Shown: positions 41,001 to 54,400 of the stretch, one piece after another
How positions within the stretch are numbered: position 1 is the first letter of the stretch
Layout of the letters: each line of letters opens with the position of its first letter
NCBI GenBank assembly: GCA_964016885.1
Contig: OZ024741.1
Location: 243,722,001 to 243,786,000 of the forward strand
Direction of reading: 5' to 3'
Origin: Eledone cirrhosa
Lineage: Eukaryota
DNA: 64,000 bases
The notes under the pieces: generated by a model
What the model was told of the DNA's origin: nothing
The model's input: only the letters and a program-made list of their open reading frames with translations
The model's database searches: none
Translations under genes and position numbers: made by a program

Positions 41001-41583
41001 AGTAATTACAGATCGATCCGACCACGGACGGCTGGCCCAGGATCGAAAAGGTAACTCCGCCGGCAAATTCGCATTTTTGTGATTCGTTTCTTCGAAGCAC
41101 ACCATTCGCCGCCGGACTTCAGCTTCCTCATTTAGCATGGGCAGCTTTTCTTGAAAATCACACCACTCACAGCAAATGTGTGTCTGCACATGTACCAGTA
41201 ATTACAGATCGATCCGACAACGGGCGGCCGGCCCACGATCGAAAAGGTAACTCCGCCGCCAAAGTCGCATTTTTGTGATTCGTTTCTTCGAAGCACACTA
41301 TTCGCTGGTGGACTTCAGCTTCCTCATTTAGCATGGGCAGCTTTTCTTGAAAATCACACCACACACAGCAAATGTGTGTCTGCACATTTACCAGTAATTA
41401 CAGATCGATCCGACCACGGGCGGCCGGCCCACGATCGAAAAGGTAACTCCGCCGGCAAATTCGCATTTTTGTGATTCGTTTCTTCGAAGCACACCATTCG
41501 CCGCCGGACTTCAGCTTCCTCATTTAGCATGGGCAGCTTTTCTTGAAAATCACACCACACACAGCAAATGTGTGTCTGCACAG
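34522..41583 (+). repeat. Nested tandem duplication of an 18-monomer (3531 bp) block
   Basis: ORF offsets of 3531 (34658/38189, 36620/40151, 37823/41354). The CACAACAC variant recurs at 40379. The chimeric junction monomer starts at 38019. Confidence 0.9.
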
Positions 41584-43117
41584 GTACCAGTAATTACAGA
41601 TCGATCCGACCACGAACGGCTGGCCCACGATCGAAAAGGTAACTCCGCCGGCAAATCCTAATTTTTGTGATTCGTTTCTTCGAAGCACACCATTCGCCGC
41701 CGGACTTCAGCTGCCTCATTTAGCATGGGCAGCTTTTCTTGAAAATCACACCACTCACAGCCAATGAGTCTCTGCACAAGTACCACTAATTACAGATCGA
41801 TACGACCAGGGGCGGCCTGCCCACGATCGAAAAGGTAACTCCGCCGACAAATCCGCATTTTTGTGATTCGTTTCTTCGAAGCACACCATTCGCCGCCGGA
41901 CTTCAGCTTCCTCATTTAGCAGGGGCAGCTTTTCTTAAAAATCACACCACACTCAGCAAATGTGTGTCTGCACATGTACCAGTAATTACAGATCGATCCG
42001 ACCACGGGCGGCCTGCCCACGATCGAAAAGGTAACTCCGCCGGCAAATTCGCATTTTTGTGATTCGTTTCTTCGAAGCACACCATTCGCTGGTGGACTTC
42101 AGCTTCCTCATTTAACATGGGCAGCTTTTCTTGAAAATCACACCACACTTAGCAAATGTGGGTCTGCACATGTACCAGTAATTACAGATCGATCCGCCCA
42201 CGGGCGGCCGGCCCACGATCGAAAATGTAACTCCGCCGGCAAATTCGCATTTTTGTGATTCATTTCTTCGAAGCACACCATTCGCTGGTGGACTTCAGCT
42301 TCCTCATTTAGCATGGGCAGCTTTTCTTGAAAATCACACCACACACAGCAAATGTGTGTCTACACAGGTACCAGTAATTACAGATCGATCCGACCACGGA
42401 CGGCTGGCCCAGGATCGAAAAGGTAACTCCGGCGGCAAATTCGCATTTTTGTGATTCGTTTCTTCGAAGCACACCATTCGCTGGTGGACTTCAGCTTCCT
42501 CATTTAGCATGGGCAGCTTTTCTTGAAAATCACACCACACACAGCCAATGAGTGTCTGCACATGTACCAGTAATTACAGATCGATCCGACCACGGGCGGC
42601 CGGCCCACGATCGAAAAGGTAACTCCGCCGGCAAATTCGCATTTTTGTGATTCGTTTCTTCGAAGCACACCATTAGCCGCCGGACTTCAGCTTCCTCATT
42701 TAGCATGGGCAGCTTTTCTTGAAAATCACACCACACACAGCAAATGTGTGTCTGCACATGTACCAGTACGTACAGATCGATCCGACCACGGGCGGCAGGC
42801 CCACATTCGAAAAGGTTACTCCGCCTGCAAATCGTCATTTTCGGATTCGTTTTCTTCGAAGCACACCATTCGCCGGCGGACTTCAGCTGCCTCATTTAGC
42901 ATGGGCAGCTTTTCTTGAAAATCACACCTCACACAGCAAATGTGTCTCTGCACATGTACTAGTAATTACAGATCGATCCGACCACGGGCAACCGGCCCAC
43001 GATCGAAAAGGTAACTCCGGCGGCAAATTCGCATTTTTGTGATTCGTTTCTTCGAAGCACACCATTCGCCGCCGGACTTCAGCTTCCTCATTTAGCATGG
43101 GCAGCTTTTCTTGAAAA

Positions 43118-44285
43118 TCACACCACACTCAGCAAATGTGTGTCTGCACATGTACCAGTAATTACAGATCGATCCGCCCACGGGCGGCCGGCCCACGATC
43201 GAAAATGTAACTCCGCCGGCAAATTCGCATTTTTGTGATTCATTTCTTCGAAGCACACCATTCGCTGGTGGACTTCAGCTTCCTCATTTAGCATGGGCAG
43301 CTTTTCTTGAAAATCACACCACACACAGCAAATGTGTGTCTACACAGGTACCAGTAATTACAGATCGATCCGACCACGGGCGGCCTGCCCACGATCGAAA
43401 AGGTAACTCCGCCGGCAAATTCGCATTTTTGTGATTCGTTTCTTCGAAGCACACCATTCGCTGGTGGACTTCAGCTTCCTCATTTAGCATGGGCAGCTTT
43501 TCTTGAAAATCACACCACTCACAGACTATGAGTGTCTGCACATGTACCACTAATTACAGATCGATACGACCAAGGGCGGCCTGCCCACGATCGAAAAGGT
43601 AACTCCGCCGGCAAATCCGCATTTTTGTGATTCGTTTCTTCGAAGCACACCATTCGCCGCCGGACTTCAGCTTCCTCATTTAGCATGGGCAGCTTTTCTT
43701 GAAAATCACACCACACTCAGCAAATGTGTGTCTGCACATGTACCAGTAATTACAGATCGATCCGCCCACGGGCGGCCGGCCCACGATCGAAAATGTAACT
43801 CCGCCGGCAAATTCGCATTTTTGTGATTCATTTCTTCGAAGCACACCATTCGCTGGTGGACTTCAGCTTCCTCATTTAGCATGGGCAGCTTTTCTTGAAA
43901 ATCACACCACACACAGCAAATGTGTGTCTACACAGGTACCAGTAATTACAGATCGATCCGACCACGGGCGGCCTGCCCACGATCGAAAAGGTAACTCCGC
44001 CGGCAAATTCGCATTTTTGTGATTCGTTTCTTCGAAGCACACCATTCGCTGGTGGACTTCAGCTTCCTCATTTAGCATGGGCAGCTTTTCTTGAAAATCA
44101 CACCACTCACAGACTATGAGTGTCTGCACATGTACCACTAATTACAGATCGATACGACCAAGGGCGGCCTGCCCACGATCGAAAAGGTAACTCCGCCGGC
44201 AAATCCGCATTTTTGTGATTCGTTTCTTCGAAGCACACCATTCGCCGCCGGACTTCAGCTTCCTCATTTAGCATGGGCAGCTTTT
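43118..44285 (+). repeat. Local 3-monomer (588 bp) tandem duplication
   Basis: ORF offsets 43118/43706 and 43314/43902. Both copies contain the same chimeric monomer (TCTACACAGG start joined to GGGCGGCCTG) and the GACCAAGGG variant. Confidence 0.85.
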
Positions 44286-47200
44286 CTTAAAAATCACACC
44301 ACACTCAGCAAATGTGTGTCTGCACATGTAGCAGTAATTACAGATCGATCCGCCCACGGGCGGCCGGCCCACGATCGAAAAAGGTAACTCCGCCGGCAAA
44401 TTCGCATTTTTGTGATTCGTTTCTTCGAAGCACACCATTCGCTGGTGGACTTCAGCTTCCTCATTTAGCATGGGCAGCTTTTCTTGAAAATCACACCACT
44501 CACAGACTATGAGTCTCTGCACATGTACCACTAATTACAGATCGATACGACCACGGGCGGCCTGCCCACGATCGAAAAGGTAACTCCGCCGGCAAATCCG
44601 CATTTTTGTGATTCGTTTCTTCGAAGCACACCATTCGCCGCCGGACTTCAGCTTCCTCATTTAGCATGGGCAGCTTTTCTTAAAAATCACACCACACTCA
44701 GCAAATGTGTGTCTGCACATGTACCAGTAATTACAGATCGATCCGACCACGGGCGGCCTGCCCACGATCGAAAAGGTAACTCCGCCGGCAAATTCGCATT
44801 TTTGAGATTCGTTTCTTCGAAGCACACCATTCGCTGGTGGACTTCAGCTTCCTCATTTAACATGGGCAGCTTTTCTTGAAAATCACACCACACTCAACAA
44901 ATGTGTGTCTGCACATGTACCAGTAATTACAGATCGATCCGCCCACGGGCGGCCGGCCCACGATCGAAAATGTAACTCCGCCGGCAAATTCGCATTTTTG
45001 TGATTCATTTCTTCGAAGCACACCATTCGCTGGTGGACTTCAGCTTCCTCATTTAGCATGGGCAGCTTTTCTTGAAAATCACACCACACACAGCAAATGT
45101 GTGTCTACACAGGTACCAGTAATTACAGATCGATCCGACCATGGACGGCTGGCCCAGGATCGAAAAGGTAACTCCGCCGGCAAATTCGCATTTTTGTGAT
45201 TCGTTTCTTCGAAGCACACCATTCGCCGCCGGACTTCAGCTTCCTCATTTAGCATGGGCAGCTTTTCTTGAAAATCACACCACTCACAGCAAATGTGTGT
45301 CTGCACATGTACCAGTAATTACAGATCGATCCGACAACGGGCGGCCGGCCCACGATCGAAAAGGTAACTCCGCCGCCAAAGTCGCATTTTTGTGATTCGT
45401 TTCTTCGAAGCACACTATTCGCTGGTGGACTTCAGCTTCCTCATTTAGCATGGGCAGCTTTTCTTGAAAATCACACCACACACAGCAAATGTGTGTCTGC
45501 ACATTTACCAGTAATTACAGATCGATCCGACCACGGGCGGCCGGCCCACGATCGAAAAGGTAACTCCGCCGGCAAATTCGCATTTTTGTGATTCGTTTCT
45601 TCGAAGCACACCATTCGCCGCCGGACTTCAGCTTCCTCATTTAGCATGGGCAGCTTTTCTTGAAAATCACACCACACACAGCAAATGTGTGTCTGCACAG
45701 GTACCAGTAATTACAGATCGATCCGACCACGAACGGCTGGCCCACGATCGAAAAGGTAACTCCGCCGGCAAATCCTAATTTTTGTGATTCGTTTCTTCGA
45801 AGCACACCATTCGCCGCCGGACTTCAGCTGCCTCATTTAGCATGGGCAGCTTTTCTTGAAAATCACACCACTCACAGCCAATGAGTCTCTGCACAAGTAC
45901 CACTAATTACAGATCGATACGACCAGGGGCGGCCTGCCCACGATCGAAAAGGTAACTCCGCCGACAAATCCGCATTTTTGTGATTCGTTTCTTCGAAGCA
46001 CACCATTCGCCGCCGGACTTCAGCTTCCTCATTTAGCAGGGGCAGCTTTTCTTAAAAATCACACCACACTCAGCAAATGTGTGTCTGCACATGTACCAGT
46101 AATTACAGATCGATCCGACCACGGGCGGCCTGCCCACGATCGAAAAGGTAACTCCGCCGGCAAATTCGCATTTTTGTGATTCGTTTCTTCGAAGCACACC
46201 ATTCGCTGGTGGACTTCAGCTTCCTCATTTAGCATGGGCAGCTTTTCTTGAAAATCACACCACTCACAGACTATGAGTGTCTGCACATGTACCACTAATT
46301 ACAGATCGATACGACCACGGGCGGCCTGCCCACGATCGAAAAGGTAACTCCGCCGGCAAATTCGCATTTTTGTGATTCGTTTCTTCGAAGCACACCATTC
46401 GCTGGTGGACTTCAGCTTCCTCATTTAACATGGGCAGCTTTTCTTGAAAATCACACCACACTTAGCAAATGTGTGTCTGCACATGTACCAGTAATTACAG
46501 ATCGATCCGCCCACGGGCGGCCGGCCCACGATCGAAAATGTAACTCCGCCGGCAAATTCGCATTTTTGTGATTCATTTCTTCGAAGCACACCATTCGCTG
46601 GTGGACTTCAGCTTCCTCATTTAGCATGGGCAGCTTTTCTTGAAAATCACACCACACACAGCAAATGTGTGTCTACACAGGTACCAGTAATTACAGATCG
46701 ATCCGACCACGGACGGCTGGCCCAGGATCGAAAAGGTAACTCCGCCGGCAAATTCGCATTTTTGTGATTCGTTTCTTCGAAGCACACCATTCGCCGCCGG
46801 ACTTCAGCTTCCTCATTTAGCATGGGCAGCTTTTCTTGAAAATCACACCACACACAGCAAATGTGTGTCTGCACATGTACCAGTACGTACAGATCGATCC
46901 GACCACGGGCGGCAGGCCCACATTCGAAAAGGTTACTCCGCCTGCAAATCGTCATTTTCGGATTCGTTTTCTTCGAAGCACACCATTCGCCGGCGGACTT
47001 CAGCTGCCTCATTTAGCATGGGCAGCTTTTCTTGAAAATCACACCTCACACGGCAAATGTGTCTCTGCACATGTACTAGTAATTACAGATCGATCCGACC
47101 ACGGGCAACCGGCCCACGATCGAAAAGGTAACTCCGGCGGCAAATTCGCATTTTTGTGATTCGTTTCTTCGAAGCACACCATTCGCCGCCGGACTTCAGC

Positions 47201-48411
47201 TTCCTCATTTAGCATGGGCAGCTTTTCTTGAAAATCACACCACACTCAGCAAATGTGTGTCTGCACATGTACCAGTAATTACAGATCGATCCGACCACGG
47301 GCGGCCTGCCCACGATCGAAAAGGTAACTCCGCCGGCAAATTCGCATTTTTGTGATTCGTTTCTTCGAAGCACACCATTCGCTGGTGGACTTCAGCTTCC
47401 TCATTTAGCATGGGCAGCTTTTCTTGAAAATCACACCACTCACAGACTATGAGTGTCTGCACATGTACCACTAATTACAGATCGATACGACCACGGGCGG
47501 CCTGCCCACGATCGAAAAGGTAACTCCGCCGGCAAATCCGCATTTTTGTGATTCGTTTCTTCGAAGCACACCATTCGCCGCCGGACTTCAGCTTCCTCAT
47601 TTAGCATGGGCAGCTTTTCTTAAAAATCACACCACACTCAGCAAATGTGTGTCTGCACATGTAGCAGTAATTACAGATCGATCCGCCCACGGGCGGCCGG
47701 CCCACGATCGAAAAAGGTAACTCCGCCGGCAAATTCGCATTTTTGTGATTCGTTTCTTCGAAGCACACCATTCGCTGGTGGACTTCAGCTTCCTCATTTA
47801 GCATGGGCAGCTTTTCTTGAAAATCACACCACTCACAGACTATGAGTCTCTGCACATGTACCACTAATTACAGATCGATACGACCACGGGCGGCCTGCCC
47901 ACGATCGAAAAGGTAACTCCGCCGGCAAATCCGCATTTTTGTGATTCGTTTCTTCGAAGCACACCATTCGCCGCCGGACTTCAGCTTCCTCATTTAGCAT
48001 GGGCAGCTTTTCTTAAAAATCACACCACACTCAGCAAATGTGTGTCTGCACATGTACCAGTAATTACAGATCGATCCGACCACGGGCGGCCTGCCCACGA
48101 TCGAAAAGGTAACTCCGCCGGCAAATTCGCATTTTTGCGATTCGTTTCTTCGAAGCACACCATTCGCTGGTGGACTTCAGCTTCCTCATTTAACATTGGC
48201 AGCTTTTCTTGAAAATCACACCACACACAGCAAATGTGTGTCTACACAGGTACCAGTAATTACAGATCGATCCGACCACGGACGGCTGGCCCAGGATCGA
48301 AAAGGTAACTCCGCCGGCAAATTCGCATTTTTGTGATTCGTTTCTTCGAAGCACACCATTCGCCGCCGGACTTCAGCTTCCTCATTTAGCATGGGCAGCT
48401 TTTCTTGAAAA

Positions 48412-51400
48412 TCACACCACTCACAGCAAATGTGTGTCTGCACATGTACCAGTAATTACAGATCGATCCGACAACGGGCGGCCGGCCCACGATCGAAAAG
48501 GTAACTCCGCCGCCAAAGTCGCATTTTTGTGATTCGTTTCTTCGAAGCACACTATTCGCTGGTGGACTTCAGCTTCCTCATTTAGCATGGGCAGCTTTTC
48601 TTGAAAATCACACCACACACAGCAAATGTGTGTCTGCACATTTACCAGTAATTACAGATCGATCCGACCACGGGCGGCCGGCCCACGATCGAAAAGGTAA
48701 CTCCGCCGGCAAATTCGCATTTTTGTGATTCGTTTCTTCGAAGCACACCATTCGCCGCCGGACTTCAGCTTCCTCATTTAGCATGGGCAGCTTTTCTTGA
48801 AAATCACACCACACACAGCAAATGTGTGTCTGCACAGGTACCAGTAATTACAGATCGATCCGACCACGAACGGCTGGCCCACGATCGAAAAGGTAACTCC
48901 GCCGGCAAATCCTAATTTTTGTGATTCGTTTCTTCGAAGCACACCATTCGCCGCCGGACTTCAGCTGCCTCATTTAGCATGGGCAGCTTTTCTTGAAAAT
49001 CACACCACTCACAGCCAATGAGTCTCTGCACAAGTACCACTAATTACAGATCGATACGACCAGGGGCGGCCTGCCCACGATCGAAAAGGTAACTCCGCCG
49101 GCAAATCCGCATTTTTGTGATTCGTTTCTTCGAAGCACACCATTCGCCGCCGGACTTCAGCTTCCTCATTTAGCAGGGGCAGCTTTTCTTAAAAATCACA
49201 CCACACTCAGCAAATGTGTGTCTGCACATGTACCAGTAATTACAGATCGATCCGACCACGGGCGGCCTGCCCACGATCGAAAAGGTAACTCCGCCGGCAA
49301 ATTCGCATTTTTGTGATTCGTTTCTTCGAAGCACACCATTCGCTGGTGGACTTCAGCTTCCTCATTTAGCATGGGCAGCTTTTCTTGAAAATCACACCAC
49401 TCACAGACTATGAGTGTCTGCACATGTACCACTAATTACAGATCGATACGACCACGGGCGGCCTGCCCACGATCGAAAAGGTAACTCCGCCGGCAAATCC
49501 GCATTTTTGTGATTCGTTTCTTCGAAGCACACCATTCGCCGCCGGACTTCAGCTTCCTCATTTAGCATGGGCAGCTTTTCTTAAAAATCACACCACACTC
49601 AGCAAATGTGTGTCTGCACATGTGCCAGTAATTACAGATCGATCCAACCACGGGCGGCCTGCCCACGATCGAAAAGGTAACTCCGCCGGCAAATTCGCAT
49701 TTTTGTGATTCGTTTCTTCGAAGCACACCATTCGCTGGTGGACTTCAGCTTCCTCATTTAACATGGGCAGCTTTTCTTGAAAATCACACCACACTTAGCA
49801 AATGTGTGTCTGCACATGTACCAGTAATTACAGATCGATCCGCCCACGGGCGGCCGGCCCACGATCGAAAATGTAACTCCGCCGGCAAATTCGCATTTTT
49901 GTGATTCGTTTCTTCGAAGCACACCATTCGCTGGTGGACTTCAGCTTCCTCATTTAGCATGGGCAGCTTTTCTTGAAAATCACACCACTCACAGACTATG
50001 AGTGTCTGCACATGTACCACTAATTACAGATCGATACGACCACGGGCGGCCTGCCCACGATCGAAAAGGTAACTCCGCCGGCAAATCCGCATTTTTGTGA
50101 TTCGTTTCTTCGAAGCACACCATTCGCCGCCGGACTTCAGCTTCCTCATTTAGCATGGGCAGCTTTTCTTAAAAATCACACCACACTCAGCAAATGTGTG
50201 TCTGCACATGTGCCAGTAATTACAGATCGATCCAACCACGGGCGGCCTGCCCACGATCGAAAAGGTAACTCCGCCGGCAAATTCGCATTTTTGTGATTCG
50301 TTTCTTCGAAGCACACCATTCGCTGGTGGACTTCAGCTTCCTCATTTAACATGGGCAGCTTTTCTTGAAAATCACACCACACTTAGCAAATGTGTGTCTG
50401 CACATGTACCAGTAATTACAGATCGATCCGCCCACGGGCGGCCGGCCCACGATCGAAAATGTAACTCCGCCGGCAAATTCGCATTTTTGTGATTCATTTC
50501 TTCGAAGCACACCATTCGCTGGTGGACTTCAGCTTCCTCATTTAGCATGGGCAGCTTTTCTTGAAAATCACACCACACACAGCAAATGTGTGTCTACACA
50601 GGTACCAGTAATTACAGATCGATCCGACCACGGACGGCTGGCCCAGGATCGAAAAGGTAACTCCGGCGGCAAATTCGCATTTTTGTGATTCGTTTCTTCG
50701 AAGCACACCATTCGCTGGTGGACTTCAGCTTCCTCATTTAGCATGGGCAGCTTTTCTTAAAAATCACACCACACTCAGCAAATGTGTGTCTGCACATGTA
50801 CCAGTAATTACAGATCGATCCGACCACGGGCGGCCTGCCCACGATCGAAAAGGTAACTCCGCCGGCAAATTCGCATTTTTGTGATTCGTTTCTTCGAAGC
50901 ACACCATTCGCTGGTGGACTTCAGCTTCCTCATTTAACATGGGCAGCTTTTCTTGAAAATCACACCACACTTAGCAAATGTGTGTCTGCACATGTACCAG
51001 TAATTACAGATCGATCCGCCCACGGGCGGCCGGCCCAGGATCGAAAATGTAACTCCGCCGGCAAATTCGCATTTTTGTGATTCATTTCTTCGAAGCACAC
51101 CATTCGCTGGTGGACTTCAGCTTCCTCATTTAGCATGGGCAGCTTTTCTTGAAAATCACACCACACACAGCAAATGTGTGTCTACACAGGTACCAGTAAT
51201 TACAGATCGATCCGACCACGGACGGCTGGCCCAGGATCGAAAAGGTAACTCCGGCGGCAAATTCGCATTTTTGTGATTCGTTTCTTCGAAGCACACCATT
51301 AGCCGCCGGACTTCAGCTTCCTCATTTAGCATGGGCAGCTTTTCTTGAAAATCACACCACACACAGCCAATGAGTGTCTGCACATGTACCAGTAATTACA

Positions 51401-54400
51401 GATCGATCCGACCACGGGCGGCCGGCCCACGATCGAAAAGGTAACTCCGCCGGCAAATTCGCATTTTTGTGATTCGTTTCTTCGAAGCACACCATTAGCC
51501 GCCGGACTTCAGCTTCCTCATTTAGCATGGGCAGCTTTTCTTGAAAATCACACCACACACAGCAAATGTGTGTCTGCACATGTACCAGTACGTACAGATC
51601 GATCCGACCACGGGCGGCAGGCCCACATTCGAAAAGGTTACTCCGCCTGCAAATCGTCATTTTCGGATTCGTTTTCTTCGAAGCACACCATTCGCCGGCG
51701 GACTTCAGCTGCCTCATTTAGCATGGGCAGCTTTTCTTGAAAATCACACCTCACACAGCAAATGTGTCTCTGCACATGTACTAGTAATTACAGATCGATC
51801 CGACCACGGGCAACCGGCCCACGATCGAAAAGGTAACTCCGGCGGCAAATTCGCATTTTTGTGATTCGTTTCTTCGAAGCACACCATTCGCCGCCGGACT
51901 TCAGCTTCCTCATTTAGCATGGGCAGCTTTTCTTGAAAATCACACCACACTCAGCAAATGTGTGTCTGCACATGTACCAGTAATTACAGATCGATCCGCC
52001 CACGGGCGGCCGGCCCACGATCGAAAATGTAACTCCGCCGGCAAATTCGCATTTTTGTGATTCATTTCTTCGAAGCACACCATTCGCTGGTGGACTTCAG
52101 CTTCCTCATTTAGCATGGGCAGCTTTTCTTGAAAATCACACCACACACAGCAAATGTGTGTCTACACAGGTACCAGTAATTACAGATCGATCCGACCACG
52201 GACGGCTGGCCCAGGATCGAAAAGGTAACTCCGCCGGCAAATTCGCATTTTTGTGATTCGTTTCTTCGAAGCACACCATTCGCCGCCGGACTTCAGCTTC
52301 CTCATTTAGCATGGGCAGCTTTTCTTGAAAATCACACCACACACAGCAAATGTGTGTCTGCACATGTACCAGTACGTACAGATCGATCCGACCACGGGCG
52401 GCAGGCCCACATTCGAAAAGGTTACTCCGCCTGCAAATCGTCATTTTCGGATTCGTTTTCTTCGAAGCACACCATTCGCCGGCGGACTTCAGCTGCCTCA
52501 TTTAGCATGGGCAGCTTTTCTTGAAAATCACACCTCACACAGCAAATGTGTCTCTGCACATGTACTAGTAATTACAGATCGATCCGACCACGGGCAACCG
52601 GCCCACGATCGAAAAGGTAACTCCGGCGGCAAATTCGCATTTTTGTGATTCGTTTCTTCGAAGCACACCATTCGCCGCCGGACTTCAGCTTCCTCATTTA
52701 GCATGGGCAGCTTTTCTTGAAAATCACACCACACTCAGCAAATGTGTGTCTGCACATGTACCAGTAATTACAGATCGATCCGACCACGGGCGGCCTGCCC
52801 ACGATCGAAAAGGTAACTCCGCCGGCAAATTCGCATTTTTGTGATTCGTTTCTTCGAAGCACACCATTCGCTGGTGGACTTCAGCTTCCTCATTTAGCAT
52901 GGGCAGCTTTTCTTGAAAATCACACCACTCACAGACTATGAGTGTCTGCACATGTACCACTAATTACAGATCGATACGACCACGGGCGGCCTGCCCACGA
53001 TCGAAAAGGTAACTCCGCCGGCAAATCCGCATTTTTGTGATTCGTTTCTTCGAAGCACACCATTCGCCGCCGGACTTCAGCTTCCTCATTTAGCATGGGC
53101 AGCTTTTCTTAAAAATCACAGCACACTCAGCAAATGTGTGTCTGCACATGTACCAGTAATTACAGATCGATCCGACCACGGGCGGCCTGCCCACGATCGA
53201 AAAGGTAACTCCGCCGGCAAATTCGCATTTTTGTGATTCGTTTCTTCGAAGCACACCATTCGCTGGTGGACTTCAGCTTCCTCATTTAACATGGGCAGCT
53301 TTTCTTGAAAATCACACCACACTTAGCAAATGTGTGTCTGCACATGTACCAGTAATTACAGATCGATCCGCCCACGGGCGGCCGGCCCAGGATCGAAAAT
53401 GTAACTCCGCCGGCAAATTCGCATTTTTGTGATTCATTTCTTCGAAGCACACCATTCGCTGGTGGACTTCAGCTTCCTCATTTAGCATGGGCAGCTTTTC
53501 TTGAAAATCACACCACACACAGCAAATGTGTGTCTACACAGGTACCAGTAATTACAGATCGATCCGACCACGGACGGCTGGCCCAGGATCGAAAAGGTAA
53601 CTCCGGCGGCAAATTCGCATTTTTGTGATTCGTTTCTTCGAAGCACACCATTAGCCGCCGGACTTCAGCTTCCTCATTTAGCATGGGCAGCTTTTCTTGA
53701 AAATCACACCACTCACAGCAAATGTGTGTCTGCACATGTACCAGTAATTACAGATCGATCCGACAACGGGCGGCCGGCCCACGATCGAAAAGGTAACTCC
53801 GCCGCCAAAGTCGCATTTTTGTGATTCGTTTCTTCGAAGCACACTATTCGCTGGTGGACTTCAGCTTCCTCATTTAGCATGGGCAGCTTTTCTTGAAAAT
53901 CACACCACACACAGCAAATGTGTGTCTGCACATTTACCAGTAATTACAGATCGATCCGACCACGGGCGGCCGGCCCACGATCGAAAAGGTAACTCCGCCG
54001 GCAAATTCGCATTTTTGTGATTCGTTTCTTCGAAGCACACCATTCGCCGCCGGACTTCAGCTTCCTCATTTAGCATGGGCAGCTTTTCTTGAAAATCACA
54101 CCACACACAGCAAATGTGTGTCTGCACAGGTACCAGTAATTACAGATCGATCCGACCACGAACGGCTGGCCCACGATCGAAAAGGTAACTCCGCCGGCAA
54201 ATCCTAATTTTTGTGATTCGTTTCTTCGAAGCACACCATTCGCCGCCGGACTTCAGCTGCCTCATTTAGCATGGGCAGCTTTTCTTGAAAATCACACCAC
54301 TCACAGCCAATGAGTCTCTGCACAAGTACCACTAATTACAGATCGATACGACCAGGGGCGGCCTGCCCACGATCGAAAAGGTAACTCCGCCGGCAAATCC

